A DNA stretch of 56,122 nucleotides from Patescibacteria group bacterium (GCA_018971045.1 JAGWVF010000007.1:1-56122), one strand, 5' to 3'; shown: positions 9,439 to 19,507, counted from the first letter of the stretch. Numbers and translations: made by a program. The notes: generated from the letters alone by a model not told the origin.

Positions 9439-9468
9439 ACTATACCATTTCTATCCCGTATGGTCTAA
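9439..9468 (-). promoter_or_regulatory. Candidate secA promoter, leaderless configuration
   Basis: The minus strand reads TTAGAC-18 nt-TATAGT-GCTCGA-ATG. The -10 box ends 6 nt before the start codon and there is no SD. Confidence 0.4.
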
Positions 9469-9477
9469 CTTGAAAAG

Positions 9478-9505
9478 AAAAATCCCGCTCTTGAGCGGGA
9501 TTTTT
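9478..9505 (-). terminator. Rho-independent terminator hairpin, symmetric and possibly bidirectional
   Basis: AAAAATCCCGC-TCAAGA-GCGGGATTTTT followed by CTTTTC on the minus strand, directly after the 22-codon ORF. Confidence 0.7.
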
Positions 9506-9517
9506 CTTTTCTGCAAA

Positions 9518-9586
9518 CTAGGCGCGCTTCTTTGCCGCCTTGCGCTTCTTCGTTGCCTTCTTCGCTGCCTTACGCTTTTTTGCCAT
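9518..9586 (-). CDS. Candidate 22-aa Lys/Ala-rich micro-protein MAKKRKAAKKATKKRKAAKKRA
   Basis: ATG at 9584-9586 and TAG at 9518-9520, with the terminator hairpin 12 nt downstream. No SD. Coding status is unproven. Confidence 0.35.
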   Translation of the reverse strand: MAKKRKAAKKATKKRKAAKKRA

Positions 9587-9715
9587 GGTGGTTGCGAATG
9601 ATTAGTGATGGCTGATATGTCGACCCGTCTGTGTGCAGAAATTTCTGCGCTCAAACGTTTCTAAAACGTATTATCGCGCGTAAAAAAATTTTTGTGCATG
9701 AAAATATTTTTAATG

Positions 9716-9724
9716 TGTGGATAA
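9716..9724 (-). promoter_or_regulatory. Second perfect DnaA-box 9-mer (TTATCCACA on the minus strand)
   Basis: The plus strand reads tgtggataa inside the AT-rich spacer 9655-9764, between murB and the micro-ORF/secA unit. Confidence 0.3.
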
Positions 9725-9764
9725 CTTTACATTTTACGCGCACACGAAAAAATTATATCTTTGC

Positions 9765-10787
9765 TTATTTTGAAAAAGTGAACGACTCGACTTCGCGCTC
9801 CACGGAAATGCCGAGCGTTTCGCGTATGCGCTCGGTGATCGTGTTTGCAAACGCATCGACCTCGCTCGAGCTCGCGCCGAACTGCGCCACGATCACGAGC
9901 GGCTGCTTCTCGTATAAGCGCACCATGCCGTGCGCATACCCTTTCAGGGCGAGCGCGTGATCGAGGAGCCAGGCGAGCGATACCTTGACGCTTTCGTCTG
10001 CTTGGGGATATGCGGGAAGATCCGGATACGCCGCTCTGAGTGCGGCGGCTTCGTCGGCGGGAATGATCGGATTCTTGAAAAAAGATCCGGCGGTTCCCTC
10101 CTTCGTGTAATCGGGAAATTTATCCGAGCGGATGGCGCGCACCGCGCGCATGATGTCGAGCGGCGTGTCGAGCGGAGTCCCCTTCGCGCGCAGAGCGGAG
10201 AGATCCGCATAGGCGAGATTGGGTTGTCCCGTCCGTTTAAGGCGCAGTGTCGCGCGGGTGATGATGCGCGTGCGATCTTTTTTAAACACGCTCGCGCGAT
10301 AGTCGAATCCCGCATCCTCCGCTATTACTTTTCCACGCTCGCCCGATACGCCGTCAATCGTATCGGCCGAGACGAAAACGTCCGCGAGCTCAGCTCCGTA
10401 TGCGCCGATGTTCTGCACGACGGCTCCGCCGACTGATCCGGGGATGCCCGCCAGATTCTCCAGACCGTAGAGAGTGCGCGCCGCGGCCGCGTCGACGAGC
10501 GCGTCCCAGAGCTCGCCCGCGCCCGCCGTTACGAGCGTATCGGCGCCTTCATCCGTAAATGAAATGCCGCGAAGCAGAGGCCGCAGTACGATCGCCTCAA
10601 TGCCCGCATCGGGTACGAGCACGTTGCTTCCCGCGCCGAGAAGGCGCAACGGCAATTGCCGCTCGCGCGCAAAAGCGATCGCGTCATCAATATCTTGTTC
10701 CGTATGCGCGGCAATCAGATAGCGCGCGTTGCCGCCGGTATGGAAAGTCGTCAGTGGTGCGAGCGGAGCATTTTCAAAAAGATTCAT
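9765..10787 (-). CDS. murB: UDP-N-acetylenolpyruvoylglucosamine reductase
   Basis: 340 aa. PLAPLTTFHTGGNARYL...LLGAGSNVLV is the MurB FAD-binding signature. The start overlaps the upstream stop by 4 nt. Confidence 0.95.
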   Translation of the reverse strand: MNLFENAPLAPLTTFHTGGNARYLIAAHTEQDIDDAIAFARERQLPLRLLGAGSNVLVPDAGIEAIVLRPLLRGISFTDEGADTLVTAGAGELWDALVDAAAARTLYGLENLAGIPGSVGGAVVQNIGAYGAELADVFVSADTIDGVSGERGKVIAEDAGFDYRASVFKKDRTRIITRATLRLKRTGQPNLAYADLSALRAKGTPLDTPLDIMRAVRAIRSDKFPDYTKEGTAGSFFKNPIIPADEAAALRAAYPDLPAYPQADESVKVSLAWLLDHALALKGYAHGMVRLYEKQPLVIVAQFGASSSEVDAFANTITERIRETLGISVEREVESFTFSK

Positions 10788-12952
10788 TTGCCTGATGCGG
10801 CGCCGGTAATCTGCTGTATCGCCGCTTGCACTGAAGAAGCGGCATCCGGGTGGAGCGCGGCGGCCGCTTTGAGCGTGCTGATTGCGCTCGCGTCGTCTCC
10901 GGACGCGTAATACGCCGCGGCGAGCGAGAACAGGGTCTGAGCCGACGCATTCGGCTGAGCGGCGCGTTTCTTCCAGATCATAATGAGGCGCGGCCAGTCT
11001 TTCGCGCGGTAGTACGCCATCGCGAGCGTATCGCTGTCGACGCTCGTGGTGCCGAACGCGTTCATGAGGATCGCATCGGCGGCGGCGGCGTCGCCGATCG
11101 CGATTTGTCCGGCGGCGGCATATTCGGCCAGATTCTGACGCTCTGGCGCGAGCGCGTAGGCGGCCGCGAAGTAGGAGTCCGCCGACTTCGCGTCACCCAT
11201 ATCCCACGCCGTCGCTCCTTCCAAGATCAGCGTGTCGATCTTCTGCGGTGAAAGGGTTTGCGCGACCTGCATCTCTTTCAAAGCGTCCTTGTAGTCGCCG
11301 GAAGCGCGATAAGCGTAGGCGAGCTCCAGATGTTCCCGCGCGTCAAAAGGATATGAGGCGATCTGTTTCTGCATTTCGGTGATGGCGAGCGTCGCCGCCT
11401 GTTGCTTCTGCTCGTTCGTGAGCTGAGAACTCTGCGATACCGACGAGGCGAAATTCACGAGCTGTTCGCGTACTTCTTGTGCCGCAAACGAAGGGTGCGC
11501 CGCGAGATCTTGGAAAGCCGCTATGCTCGTAGTGAAGTCTGACGAGGACAACGCGGTGATGAGATTCCCCGCGACCCGCATCCCGGGAATATTGACCGTC
11601 CAGATCACGACCGCGAGCGCGACCGCCGTAACCGGAAGAATATAAGAGGCTCCATCAGCCGCGCTCGCTTCAGGCGCCTTCTCGAAGCGCGGGAACGGCC
11701 GCGACACTTGCGAATCGACGACCGCGAGGATCGCGAAGAAGTAGACGTAGGAATAGAGATTGTCGAATACGAACGTATTGTGAACCGCGTATCCCGCGAG
11801 CGCCGCAGTAAGCGCGATGCGCTCCGGACGCGAGAGCGAGGAATGCTTCCAGAGTAGAGCGATGACCGAGCCGAACAGCGCGAGATACAGGAAGAATGCC
11901 GGGAAGCCGCCCGCGACGAGCCAATCGATGAAAGTATTGTGCGCGCGGTCGAACCACGACTCCTGCGTATAGAGGCTCGCGTCGTAATACTTATTAAAGA
12001 CGTAATTGTAGCCCTCCTGCCCCCAGCCGACGATCGGCCGCGCGAGAACGCCCTCGAAGGCCATGCGCCAGAGCGTGAAGCGGGTCTGACCGTCGGCGGC
12101 CGAGATCGAGGTTACGCGTTGGAGCGTCGAATTATTCTGGATGAAAGCCGAGTCGCGCGCGAGGTAGACGCCGCCCGTGAGCGCGATGAGCACGATGAGC
12201 GCCGCCGCCGCCAGCATGCGCGCGCGCTTCCCCGACGTAAGAGCCGCGAGGAATGCCGCGATCACGCCCGCGACGATGAGCCCGATCACGGTCCCGCGCG
12301 TCTCGGTAAAGAAGATGAGGACGATCTCGAGTACGGCGAGCGCGATGAGAGACCACTTCATCCAGACCTGTTTCTCGGTAAGCGCGAGCCACAGCGCGAT
12401 ACAGACATTAAAGAGGAAATAAATCGCGAGATATGCGGAGTTGCCAAGAGTCGCGTCGATGCGCGTCGAGCCTTGGTGGATCGCGAGCGAACCGGAGAGC
12501 TGTAAGAGCGCGTAGCCGGCAACAATCAGAGACACGGAGAGTGACGCGAGGAACCATGTGCGCCACTTCTTCTCCACTCGCAGTACCGCTCCCGCGGCGA
12601 AGAAGAAACCGAGCAGGTGGATGAGCAGGATCCAGCCCTCCATGCGCTCGAAATTGCTCCAAAACGCTTTCACGGCGTTCAGCGCGAAGGAATCGGCGAT
12701 AAACATCCACCCGACAAAGGCGACTGCGGCGGCTCCGATCCAGGAGAATCGCGGCCGATACTGCCTATCGAGAAACGCGAGCGCTACCCACGCGGCAACA
12801 GCGATCTCGACAAGAATGCGGAAATAAAACGCCTTTCCGGTGATGAACGGAAAGAAGAACGAGTTGGCGACCAGGAGAGGCGTAAGAGGGATGAGGAAAA
12901 GGGCTCCGAGCGCCGTCCATCGCGCAACTATCTTCGCCGTGCCGTCCTGCAT
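10784..12952 (-). CDS. Polytopic Wzy_C (O-antigen ligase / PglL-like) membrane protein with a C-terminal TPR domain
   Basis: 722 aa with many TM helices. Wzy_C-like block TETRGTVIGL...GWGQEGYNYVF...WFDRAHNTFIDWLVAGG. The C-terminal 250 aa or so has TPR-like A/Y/L periodicity. TGGTATGAT-8 nt-ATG lies upstream. Confidence 0.85.
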   Translation of the reverse strand: MQDGTAKIVARWTALGALFLIPLTPLLVANSFFFPFITGKAFYFRILVEIAVAAWVALAFLDRQYRPRFSWIGAAAVAFVGWMFIADSFALNAVKAFWSNFERMEGWILLIHLLGFFFAAGAVLRVEKKWRTWFLASLSVSLIVAGYALLQLSGSLAIHQGSTRIDATLGNSAYLAIYFLFNVCIALWLALTEKQVWMKWSLIALAVLEIVLIFFTETRGTVIGLIVAGVIAAFLAALTSGKRARMLAAAALIVLIALTGGVYLARDSAFIQNNSTLQRVTSISAADGQTRFTLWRMAFEGVLARPIVGWGQEGYNYVFNKYYDASLYTQESWFDRAHNTFIDWLVAGGFPAFFLYLALFGSVIALLWKHSSLSRPERIALTAALAGYAVHNTFVFDNLYSYVYFFAILAVVDSQVSRPFPRFEKAPEASAADGASYILPVTAVALAVVIWTVNIPGMRVAGNLITALSSSDFTTSIAAFQDLAAHPSFAAQEVREQLVNFASSVSQSSQLTNEQKQQAATLAITEMQKQIASYPFDAREHLELAYAYRASGDYKDALKEMQVAQTLSPQKIDTLILEGATAWDMGDAKSADSYFAAAYALAPERQNLAEYAAAGQIAIGDAAAADAILMNAFGTTSVDSDTLAMAYYRAKDWPRLIMIWKKRAAQPNASAQTLFSLAAAYYASGDDASAISTLKAAAALHPDAASSVQAAIQQITGAASGK

Positions 12953-13055
12953 ACTGGGGAATCATACCACACAGAGGCCTCGGGTAACGCCCGCCCGCAT
13001 AAGCGGGTTCTGAGTGGTACGATGACGGCACTTCCGTTATCCTACCTATATATAT

Positions 13056-14354
13056 ATGTCTTCCCTCAAAGCCCGCCTGATCGCCTTCCTCCGTTCCACC
13101 GAGAAGCACACCAAGACCGACATGGTCTACCTCGTATCGCGGAGCGGAATGAGCCTCGCCACGCAGATTACCACCGCGCTCGCGGCCCTTTGGCTCGCGA
13201 TCATCGTAAGCCATTACCTGCCAAAGGAGATTTACGGAGAATATAAGTACGTGCTCTCGCTCGTCGCACTCCTCTCGATTCTCTCGTTGAACGGCATCGG
13301 CGGCGCGGTCTTCCAGTCGACCGCGAGGGGGTACACCGGCGCCCTGCATCAGGGATTCTGGATCAACATTCGCTGGAGCTTCGCCGTGTTCTTCGGCGCG
13401 CTCGCGCTCGCGCTGTACTACTTCGCGCTCCACAACACGACTCTCGCTATCGAGATCCTCGTAGGCGGCACCCTCTCGCCCTTCATCGCGAGCGCGAGCC
13501 TGTACAGCCCCTTTCTCGACGGGAAGAAGGAATTCGTACGCCAGATGGCCTACAGTATTATTGATAATCTCTTCACGACCGGCGTAATGATCGTTACCGT
13601 AGTGCTGACCCATAATCCGCTCCTCCTGGTCTGCGCCTACTTCGCGAGCAATGCTCTCGGCGCGTTCTACTTCTACCGCCGGACGAAGATTCGCTTCGCT
13701 TCGGAAGAGGCGCGTCCCGACGCCGACTTGCCTACCTTCAGCAAGCACTTGAGCGTGCTCAGTATCTTCGGCGGTATCGTGGACGCGATCGACAATGTGC
13801 TGATCTTCCATTTCGCCGGTGCGGCGCAGTTGGCGATATTCTCGTTCGCGTCCGCGATTCCCGACCAGCTCAAGACTCCCAGCAAAACACTAAGTACGAT
13901 GCTCTCCTCCGGCTTCGCGCGGCGCACTAATGAAGAGATTCATGAAGGCATGCCGAATAAATTTTTCTGGTACGCCGTTTGTTTCGCCTGCGTCGTGGCG
14001 GCGTACCTTCTCGCGGCTCCGAGTATCTTCAAGCTTTTCTTCCCCGCCTACTCGGACGCGGTATTTTATTCCCAGGTGTACATGCTCGGATTCCTCGCAT
14101 TCATCTTCGACCCCGTTCAGTCGTATTTCGGCATCAATAAAATGATCAAGGAGCTTTATATCGGCGGTCTGTTCTCTGTCGCGTGCCAGGCCGTCACCAT
14201 GATCGTCGGGGTGATATGGTGGGGAGTGCTCGGACTCATTGTCGCGCAGGTGTTTACGAGGATCAGCTCCGCGCTTGTCTCCTACGTTCTGTACCGGCGC
14301 GCCCGATATCACGACTTGGTCTTAATGAAAGAAAAGCCACTTGCTTCTCGATAA
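13056..14354 (+). CDS. Wzx/MOP-family polysaccharide flippase
   Basis: 432 aa with about 12 predicted TM segments. The N-terminal pattern is typical of oligosaccharide flippases (polysaccharide biosynthesis protein family). Confidence 0.85.
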   Translation: MSSLKARLIAFLRSTEKHTKTDMVYLVSRSGMSLATQITTALAALWLAIIVSHYLPKEIYGEYKYVLSLVALLSILSLNGIGGAVFQSTARGYTGALHQGFWINIRWSFAVFFGALALALYYFALHNTTLAIEILVGGTLSPFIASASLYSPFLDGKKEFVRQMAYSIIDNLFTTGVMIVTVVLTHNPLLLVCAYFASNALGAFYFYRRTKIRFASEEARPDADLPTFSKHLSVLSIFGGIVDAIDNVLIFHFAGAAQLAIFSFASAIPDQLKTPSKTLSTMLSSGFARRTNEEIHEGMPNKFFWYAVCFACVVAAYLLAAPSIFKLFFPAYSDAVFYSQVYMLGFLAFIFDPVQSYFGINKMIKELYIGGLFSVACQAVTMIVGVIWWGVLGLIVAQVFTRISSALVSYVLYRRARYHDLVLMKEKPLASR

Positions 14355-14435
14355 AAGCGAGAAATTCCACATTCATATACGGATAAGTATGCCGTAACCG
14401 TAACCGAATGGATATTTACCAAGTTATTTCCTACT

Positions 14436-15401
14436 ATGAAGGGTATGCCCCCGCGAGCTCCCGTCGCCCTGATTATCTTCAACCGCCCCGAGGAGACTGA
14501 GCGGGTCTTCGCGGCTATTCGCGCGGCGCGCCCCGAGCGGCTCTTCGTTATCGCCGACGGCCCGCGCACTGAGACGGAGCGCTCACTCACTGATGCCGCA
14601 CGCGCCGTCATCGACACGGTTGATTGGCCGGGTACGGTCGAGAAGAATTATGCCGATACGAATTTGGGGTGCCGCGACCGTATTATCTCCGGTATTAATT
14701 GGGTGTTCGAGCATACCGATCGGGCCATCATTTTAGAAGACGACTGCCTCCCCGACCCGACGTTCTTCCCGTTCTGCGACGAGCTTCTCGAAAGATATAA
14801 AGACGATGAACGCGTGATGACGGTCGCCGGTACCTGTTTCTTTAAACCAAGACTCGAGTCAAAGAAAGGCGAGAGCTATTTTGCCACCCTGATCCCCCAA
14901 ACGACCGGCTGGGCCACCTGGCGCCGAGCATGGGAGCTCTATGATCCCGATATGAAAGCGTGGCCCACGCTTCGCGATTCAAAGACACTTGCCCCCCGTT
15001 TCAAACATCCGGCCGGATATGAACGTTTTGAACGCGTGTGGGATGATTATTACTATAAGCGCGACGGGGTCAAAGACAGCTGGGACGGGGCGTGGGTATT
15101 CGCGTGCATTTCCAATCGCGCAGTGTGCCTCAATCCGTCCGTCAATCTTATCTCCAATATCGGTTTTAACGAGCGCGCTACCCACTCCCGGGAAGATCAT
15201 CCCCAGGCCAATCTTCCTACCAGTCCTCTGACCTTTCCTCTTGTGCACCCCGTATCGCTTAAGCCGCGGAGAGATGTCGATGCTCTGATGTATCGATATA
15301 ATTTTGGCGTCGATCAATTCTGGTATTATCGTATGGCGCGCCCTCTTAAAACCTATACGCCTGGCTTGTATCGCACCTTTAAACGCTGGTTTCTGAAATG
15401 A
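14436..15401 (+). CDS. GT-A fold glycosyltransferase (GNT-I / HlpA-like family)
   Basis: 321 aa. VALIIFNRPEETERVF...FVIADGPR...NLGCRDRIISGINWVFE...AIILEDDCLPDPTFF matches the GT-A family often annotated as hemolytic protein HlpA-like. Confidence 0.7.
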   Translation: MKGMPPRAPVALIIFNRPEETERVFAAIRAARPERLFVIADGPRTETERSLTDAARAVIDTVDWPGTVEKNYADTNLGCRDRIISGINWVFEHTDRAIILEDDCLPDPTFFPFCDELLERYKDDERVMTVAGTCFFKPRLESKKGESYFATLIPQTTGWATWRRAWELYDPDMKAWPTLRDSKTLAPRFKHPAGYERFERVWDDYYYKRDGVKDSWDGAWVFACISNRAVCLNPSVNLISNIGFNERATHSREDHPQANLPTSPLTFPLVHPVSLKPRRDVDALMYRYNFGVDQFWYYRMARPLKTYTPGLYRTFKRWFLK

Positions 15402-15414
15402 GCATAAATTATCC

Positions 15415-16665
15415 ATGCCTTCTCTTCGCGTACTCATCTTAACGTACATTTATACTGACAATGACCCCCGTTATGGAGGAGAGGGCCGTGTCGTATGGGA
15501 AACGACTCAGGCGCTGGCTCGAGCAGGCGTTCGAGTGCATATCGTAACGTCGATGATAAATCTGCATCAAACACCCCACCCAAACATCACGGTATATAAG
15601 GTTCCCTTCGCCAAGAAACATTTTCTCAACTTCAATCCCGGCGAACTCTTAAAAATGTTTTTCTTCTGCATCCCGCTCTTATGGATGAAGAAAATCCAAA
15701 TCATCCATCAGCTCCCCACGAATGGGCCGAACCTCTTTATCCGATTCAAGTTCGGCCGGATCTTTGCTGAAAGCGCTGATCCTGCTTGGGACTACGAAAA
15801 TCCGAAGTTTGGCGATGAACTCCAGAAGGATCGCGCTAACAAAATGCGCGAGGCAGGACTGGCCCGCAATCGCTTTGACATCTCGACTCGTATCGCTCAA
15901 CGACTGCTCTCGGCCGTCAAGATAAGCGGGAAATATCCTCATGGCACAGATTTATTCTTCTGCCGCACTGAACAGCTTCGTGAGGAACTCTCGCGCACGC
16001 ATACGGAAAGCATCTGCCGCTTTGTTCCGAACGGAGTAGATTGCGCCCGGTTCTCTCCGACAATCCCTCCCCGCTTTCCTCGAACGCGCCGCGGTATCCG
16101 GTTCCTTTATGTCGGAAGTGTCTCGCGGCGCAAAGGAGTGCACTATCTCGTTAACGCGTTTAAAAAAGTGGCGGCTTCCGCTCCGGATGCAGAACTTCTC
16201 ATCGCCGGAGGAGGCGAGCCTGACTTTGTCGGCGAGATGAAGAAGCTCGCCCAACCCTATCCCCAAATACAGTTTCTCGGGCGGATAGAGGATGCTGATT
16301 TACCGAGTATCTACAGTTCCGCGGACGTCTTTTGCTTAGTGCCTCTTTCGGGCTCAACGCCGACCGTGCTGGCAGAAGCGTTGGCGTCCGGACTTCCGAT
16401 TATCGCCACACGCGGGAGCGGCGCTGGCGAAGCCGTGGCGCGCCACAAAGTTGGATACATAGTTGAACCCGGTAATGTCGATGAACTTTCCAACATAATG
16501 CGACATATCATAACGCATCGAGACGATCTCCCAACACTCCGCCATTCTGCCCGCACCGCGTCTTCTTTTTATTCGTGGGATGCTCTCGCCGATTCTCTCA
16601 TTAAGGGTTATCGCGACGCTCTCGACGCCCGATCGAATCGTCGTCAAAATGAAACCGGCCGATAG
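15415..16665 (+). CDS. Glycosyltransferase family 4 (GT-B)
   Basis: 416 aa. The C-terminal Glycos_transf_1 pattern is present ([16 protein letters not shown]...[24 protein letters not shown]). Confidence 0.9.
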   Translation: MPSLRVLILTYIYTDNDPRYGGEGRVVWETTQALARAGVRVHIVTSMINLHQTPHPNITVYKVPFAKKHFLNFNPGELLKMFFFCIPLLWMKKIQIIHQLPTNGPNLFIRFKFGRIFAESADPAWDYENPKFGDELQKDRANKMREAGLARNRFDISTRIAQRLLSAVKISGKYPHGTDLFFCRTEQLREELSRTHTESICRFVPNGVDCARFSPTIPPRFPRTRRGIRFLYVGSVSRRKGVHYLVNAFKKVAASAPDAELLIAGGGEPDFVGEMKKLAQPYPQIQFLGRIEDADLPSIYSSADVFCLVPLSGSTPTVLAEALASGLPIIATRGSGAGEAVARHKVGYIVEPGNVDELSNIMRHIITHRDDLPTLRHSARTASSFYSWDALADSLIKGYRDALDARSNRRQNETGR

Positions 16666-16727
16666 AGGCGGCCGGGTTTGAAAACGGCGATTGCCTTGGC
16701 TCTCCCCCTCTGATACAGTGGCTCGGT

Positions 16728-17807
16728 ATGGAGCGGAAACGAGCGTTCATCACCGGAGTTACGGGACAGGATGGTTCGTATCTGGCTGAACTTCTGCTCG
16801 CGAAGGGCTACGAGGTGCACGGCCTCGTCCGGCGCACTAGCACCTTCAATCGCCACAATATTGAGCATCTTCTTCACCTCCAGGGCCTTACGCCGACGGA
16901 TGAAAAGCGCTTCCATCTCCACTACGGCGACATGACCGACATGCATTCTCTCTTGTCGATTCTTCAGAAGGTGGTTCCCCATGAGATCTATAATCTCGCG
17001 GCGCAGTCGCATGTCCGCGTATCCTTTGATATCCCCTTCTATACCGCGTTCTCCGATGCCATCGGGGTCTTAAGTCTGCTCGAAGCGGCACGCATCGTCT
17101 CGCCGAACGCGAAAATCTATCAGGCGTCGACGTCGGAGCTTTACAGCGGCGACAAGCGCGAAACGCCTCAAAATGAGAATACGCATTTCCGCCCTCGGAG
17201 TCCGTACGGCGTTGCGAAGCTTTACGGCGCCGAGATCGCGCGCATTTATCGAGAGGGCTACGGCATGTACGTTTGCAACGGGATCTTGTTTAATCATGAA
17301 TCGCCGCGCCGCGGCGAGAACTTCGTAACCCGCAAGGTGGTGATGGGAGCGATTGAAGTCAAGCAGGGACGGCGCGAATTCCTCCCGCTCGGGAATCTAG
17401 ACGCCAGACGGGACTGGGGCTATGCGCCCGAGTATATGGAAGCCGCGTGGAAAATGCTCCAGCAGAAAAAGCCCGATGATTATGTGATCGCCACGGGAGA
17501 GACGCACTCGATTCGAGAACTGGCCGAACTCGCCTTTCACTTGGTGGGGATCACGCTGACGTGGAAAGGGCGGGGCCGGCAGGAGCGCGGCGTTGACGCC
17601 GCTACGGGCAAGACGATTGTTACGATTGACCCGCTCTACTTCCGTCCGAATGAAGTCGAACACCTCTGCGGCGACGCGCGCAAGGCGCGCCGCGTGCTCA
17701 AATGGCGCCCGAAAACGACGTTCAAGGAACTCATTCGGCTTATGGTTGACGCGGAGCTCGAGCATTTCGAACATCATACTTCTCATTCCTCAATGGTGCT
17801 TTCGTAA
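16728..17807 (+). CDS. gmd: GDP-mannose 4,6-dehydratase
   Basis: 359 aa. [43 protein letters not shown] and [18 protein letters not shown] are canonical Gmd motifs. Confidence 0.95.
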   Translation: MERKRAFITGVTGQDGSYLAELLLAKGYEVHGLVRRTSTFNRHNIEHLLHLQGLTPTDEKRFHLHYGDMTDMHSLLSILQKVVPHEIYNLAAQSHVRVSFDIPFYTAFSDAIGVLSLLEAARIVSPNAKIYQASTSELYSGDKRETPQNENTHFRPRSPYGVAKLYGAEIARIYREGYGMYVCNGILFNHESPRRGENFVTRKVVMGAIEVKQGRREFLPLGNLDARRDWGYAPEYMEAAWKMLQQKKPDDYVIATGETHSIRELAELAFHLVGITLTWKGRGRQERGVDAATGKTIVTIDPLYFRPNEVEHLCGDARKARRVLKWRPKTTFKELIRLMVDAELEHFEHHTSHSSMVLS

Positions 17808-17827
17808 TCCCCGCGGTATCATTTGGC

Positions 17828-18811
17828 ATGGCCTCGGCTCTTATTACCGGAGTTGCCGGACAAGACGGCTCGTATCTGGCGGAGCTTTTACTCAAGAAGG
17901 GCTACGAGGTGCATGGTGTGTGCCGCCCTCACTCATCTCTTCCCGCATCATTAGCCGCCGTCCATCTCCACGAAGGAGATGCGGGTGACGAGACGCTGAT
18001 TCGAGCGTTAGCGGATCGTTCCTTTACCGAAATCTACAATCTCGCATCGGTCTCGACCGTCGCGTCGCCGTGGGAGGACCCGGCCGCGACGATAACGAGC
18101 ACGGGGATGATCCCCCTTCGCTACCTTGAAGCGATTCGCGCGCAGTCGCCCTCAACGAAATTTTTTCAAGCGTCATCGGCCGAGATGTACGGAGATCCTC
18201 TCGAATCTCCGCAAACCGAAGCGACGCCCTTCGCTCCGCGGAACCCCTACGGCTTCGGGAAGCTTCTCGCCCACGAAGCCGTCGAAGGGTACCGGACCCA
18301 GTTTAAGCTCTTTGCCGTATCGGGCATTCTCTTCAATCACGAGTCTCCGCGGCGGCCTCCCCGCTTCGTCACGCGCAAGATAACGAGCACGCTCGCGAGA
18401 ATCGTTCGCGGGTCCGACGAGACGCTTGAACTCGGCAACTTGGATGCCGTGCGCGACTGGAGCTTCGCCGGCGATATCGCCGAGGGGATGTGGCGGTCGC
18501 TCCAGCATCCGACACCCGACACCTATGTCTTCGCGTCAGGCGAGACGCACACCGTGCGCGAGTTTGTCGAGGCTGCCGCGCGCGCCCTCTCGCTCCCGCT
18601 CCGCTTTGAAGGACACGGAATTGATGAAAGGGGGTACCACGCGGCTACCGGCGCGCTCGTGGTCGCCGTGAACCCCGTCTTTTTCCGCCCGCTCGAGGCG
18701 CGGCCGCGGCAGGGCGATCCGTCAAAACTGCGATCCGTCCTTCAATGGAGGCCCGCCACGTCGTTTGAAGAATTGGTACAGATCATGGTGCGTGCAGAAG
18801 GTAGTGATTAA
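17828..18811 (+). CDS. Gmd paralogue, possibly the 4-keto reductase (Rmd-like role) of the pathway
   Basis: 327 aa. [62 protein letters not shown]. The Gmd-type core is retained, but the protein is shorter and divergent from the upstream copy. Confidence 0.8.
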   Translation: MASALITGVAGQDGSYLAELLLKKGYEVHGVCRPHSSLPASLAAVHLHEGDAGDETLIRALADRSFTEIYNLASVSTVASPWEDPAATITSTGMIPLRYLEAIRAQSPSTKFFQASSAEMYGDPLESPQTEATPFAPRNPYGFGKLLAHEAVEGYRTQFKLFAVSGILFNHESPRRPPRFVTRKITSTLARIVRGSDETLELGNLDAVRDWSFAGDIAEGMWRSLQHPTPDTYVFASGETHTVREFVEAAARALSLPLRFEGHGIDERGYHAATGALVVAVNPVFFRPLEARPRQGDPSKLRSVLQWRPATSFEELVQIMVRAEGSD

Positions 18812-18836
18812 CGGAAGAGATGAGTATACTGAACGG

Positions 18837-19490
18837 ATGCAAAAGGATATCGAACAAGCGGCTGAGTGGGAGAGGATCTGGGATCGAAAAGGGGTGCTCG
18901 ATACGGTGATTGATTGGGGGCGATCAACCTATAATCTCTTTTTCCGCCGCCTGCTTCGACGGTATCTTACGCCTCGCTCGACGATGCTCGAGCTCGGGTG
19001 CGGCCGGGCGTCTCTCTCCCTCTCGCTCTCCCCCGAGATCCGCCGTCTCGTCGGAGTCGATATTTCTCCATCGGCCGTCGCTCAAGCGAATCAATATGCG
19101 AAGACTCGCGGGCTCTCGAATGCCTCTTTTCTTACGGACGACTGTACGAAATTGGCGCTTACCGAACGATTCGATTTCGTCTGGAGCCAGGGGCTTATCG
19201 AACATTTTGACGATCCGGAAGCGGTCGCCCGCGAACACTACCGCGCGCTCGCTCAGGGCGGAACCGCGCTCCTCAGCGTCCCCTATCTCTACTCGTATCA
19301 CACCGTCTGGTACGCCCTCACGCGCCCAAAGCTCCTGCGCCGCTTCTGGCCGTGGACCGACCAGCGATTCTTTACCCACCGTCAGTTACTCGATATAGGA
19401 AAGGCGATCGCGCCCAGCGCGCGCGTCTTCCTCCTTCAACCTTTCCCGCTCGGCATTATTTTCCTCGAGATGCGCCGTCCGATAGCGTGA
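18837..19490 (+). CDS. Class I SAM-dependent methyltransferase
   Basis: LELGCGRASLSL...VGVDISPSAV...FDFVWSQGLIEHFDDP. The start is placed at MQKDIEQ (TATACT-6 nt-ATG). The ORF track start at 18765 would overlap the upstream gene. Confidence 0.8.
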   Translation: MQKDIEQAAEWERIWDRKGVLDTVIDWGRSTYNLFFRRLLRRYLTPRSTMLELGCGRASLSLSLSPEIRRLVGVDISPSAVAQANQYAKTRGLSNASFLTDDCTKLALTERFDFVWSQGLIEHFDDPEAVAREHYRALAQGGTALLSVPYLYSYHTVWYALTRPKLLRRFWPWTDQRFFTHRQLLDIGKAIAPSARVFLLQPFPLGIIFLEMRRPIA

Positions 19491-19507
19491 AGACGGCCGC
19501 GGGAGAA

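Noticed and set aside
9451-9654. 67-aa minus-strand ORF from the ORF track
   Set aside because: It reads through the terminator hairpin and the secA promoter and is Arg-rich. The alternative 22-codon frame ending just before the hairpin is more sensible, though itself unproven.
12765-13811. 348-aa ORF on the minus strand
   Set aside because: It is antisense to the Wzx flippase gene, which has a clear multi-TM MOP-family translation. The antisense product is Arg/Glu/Gly-rich low complexity, typical of spurious ORFs in high-GC DNA.
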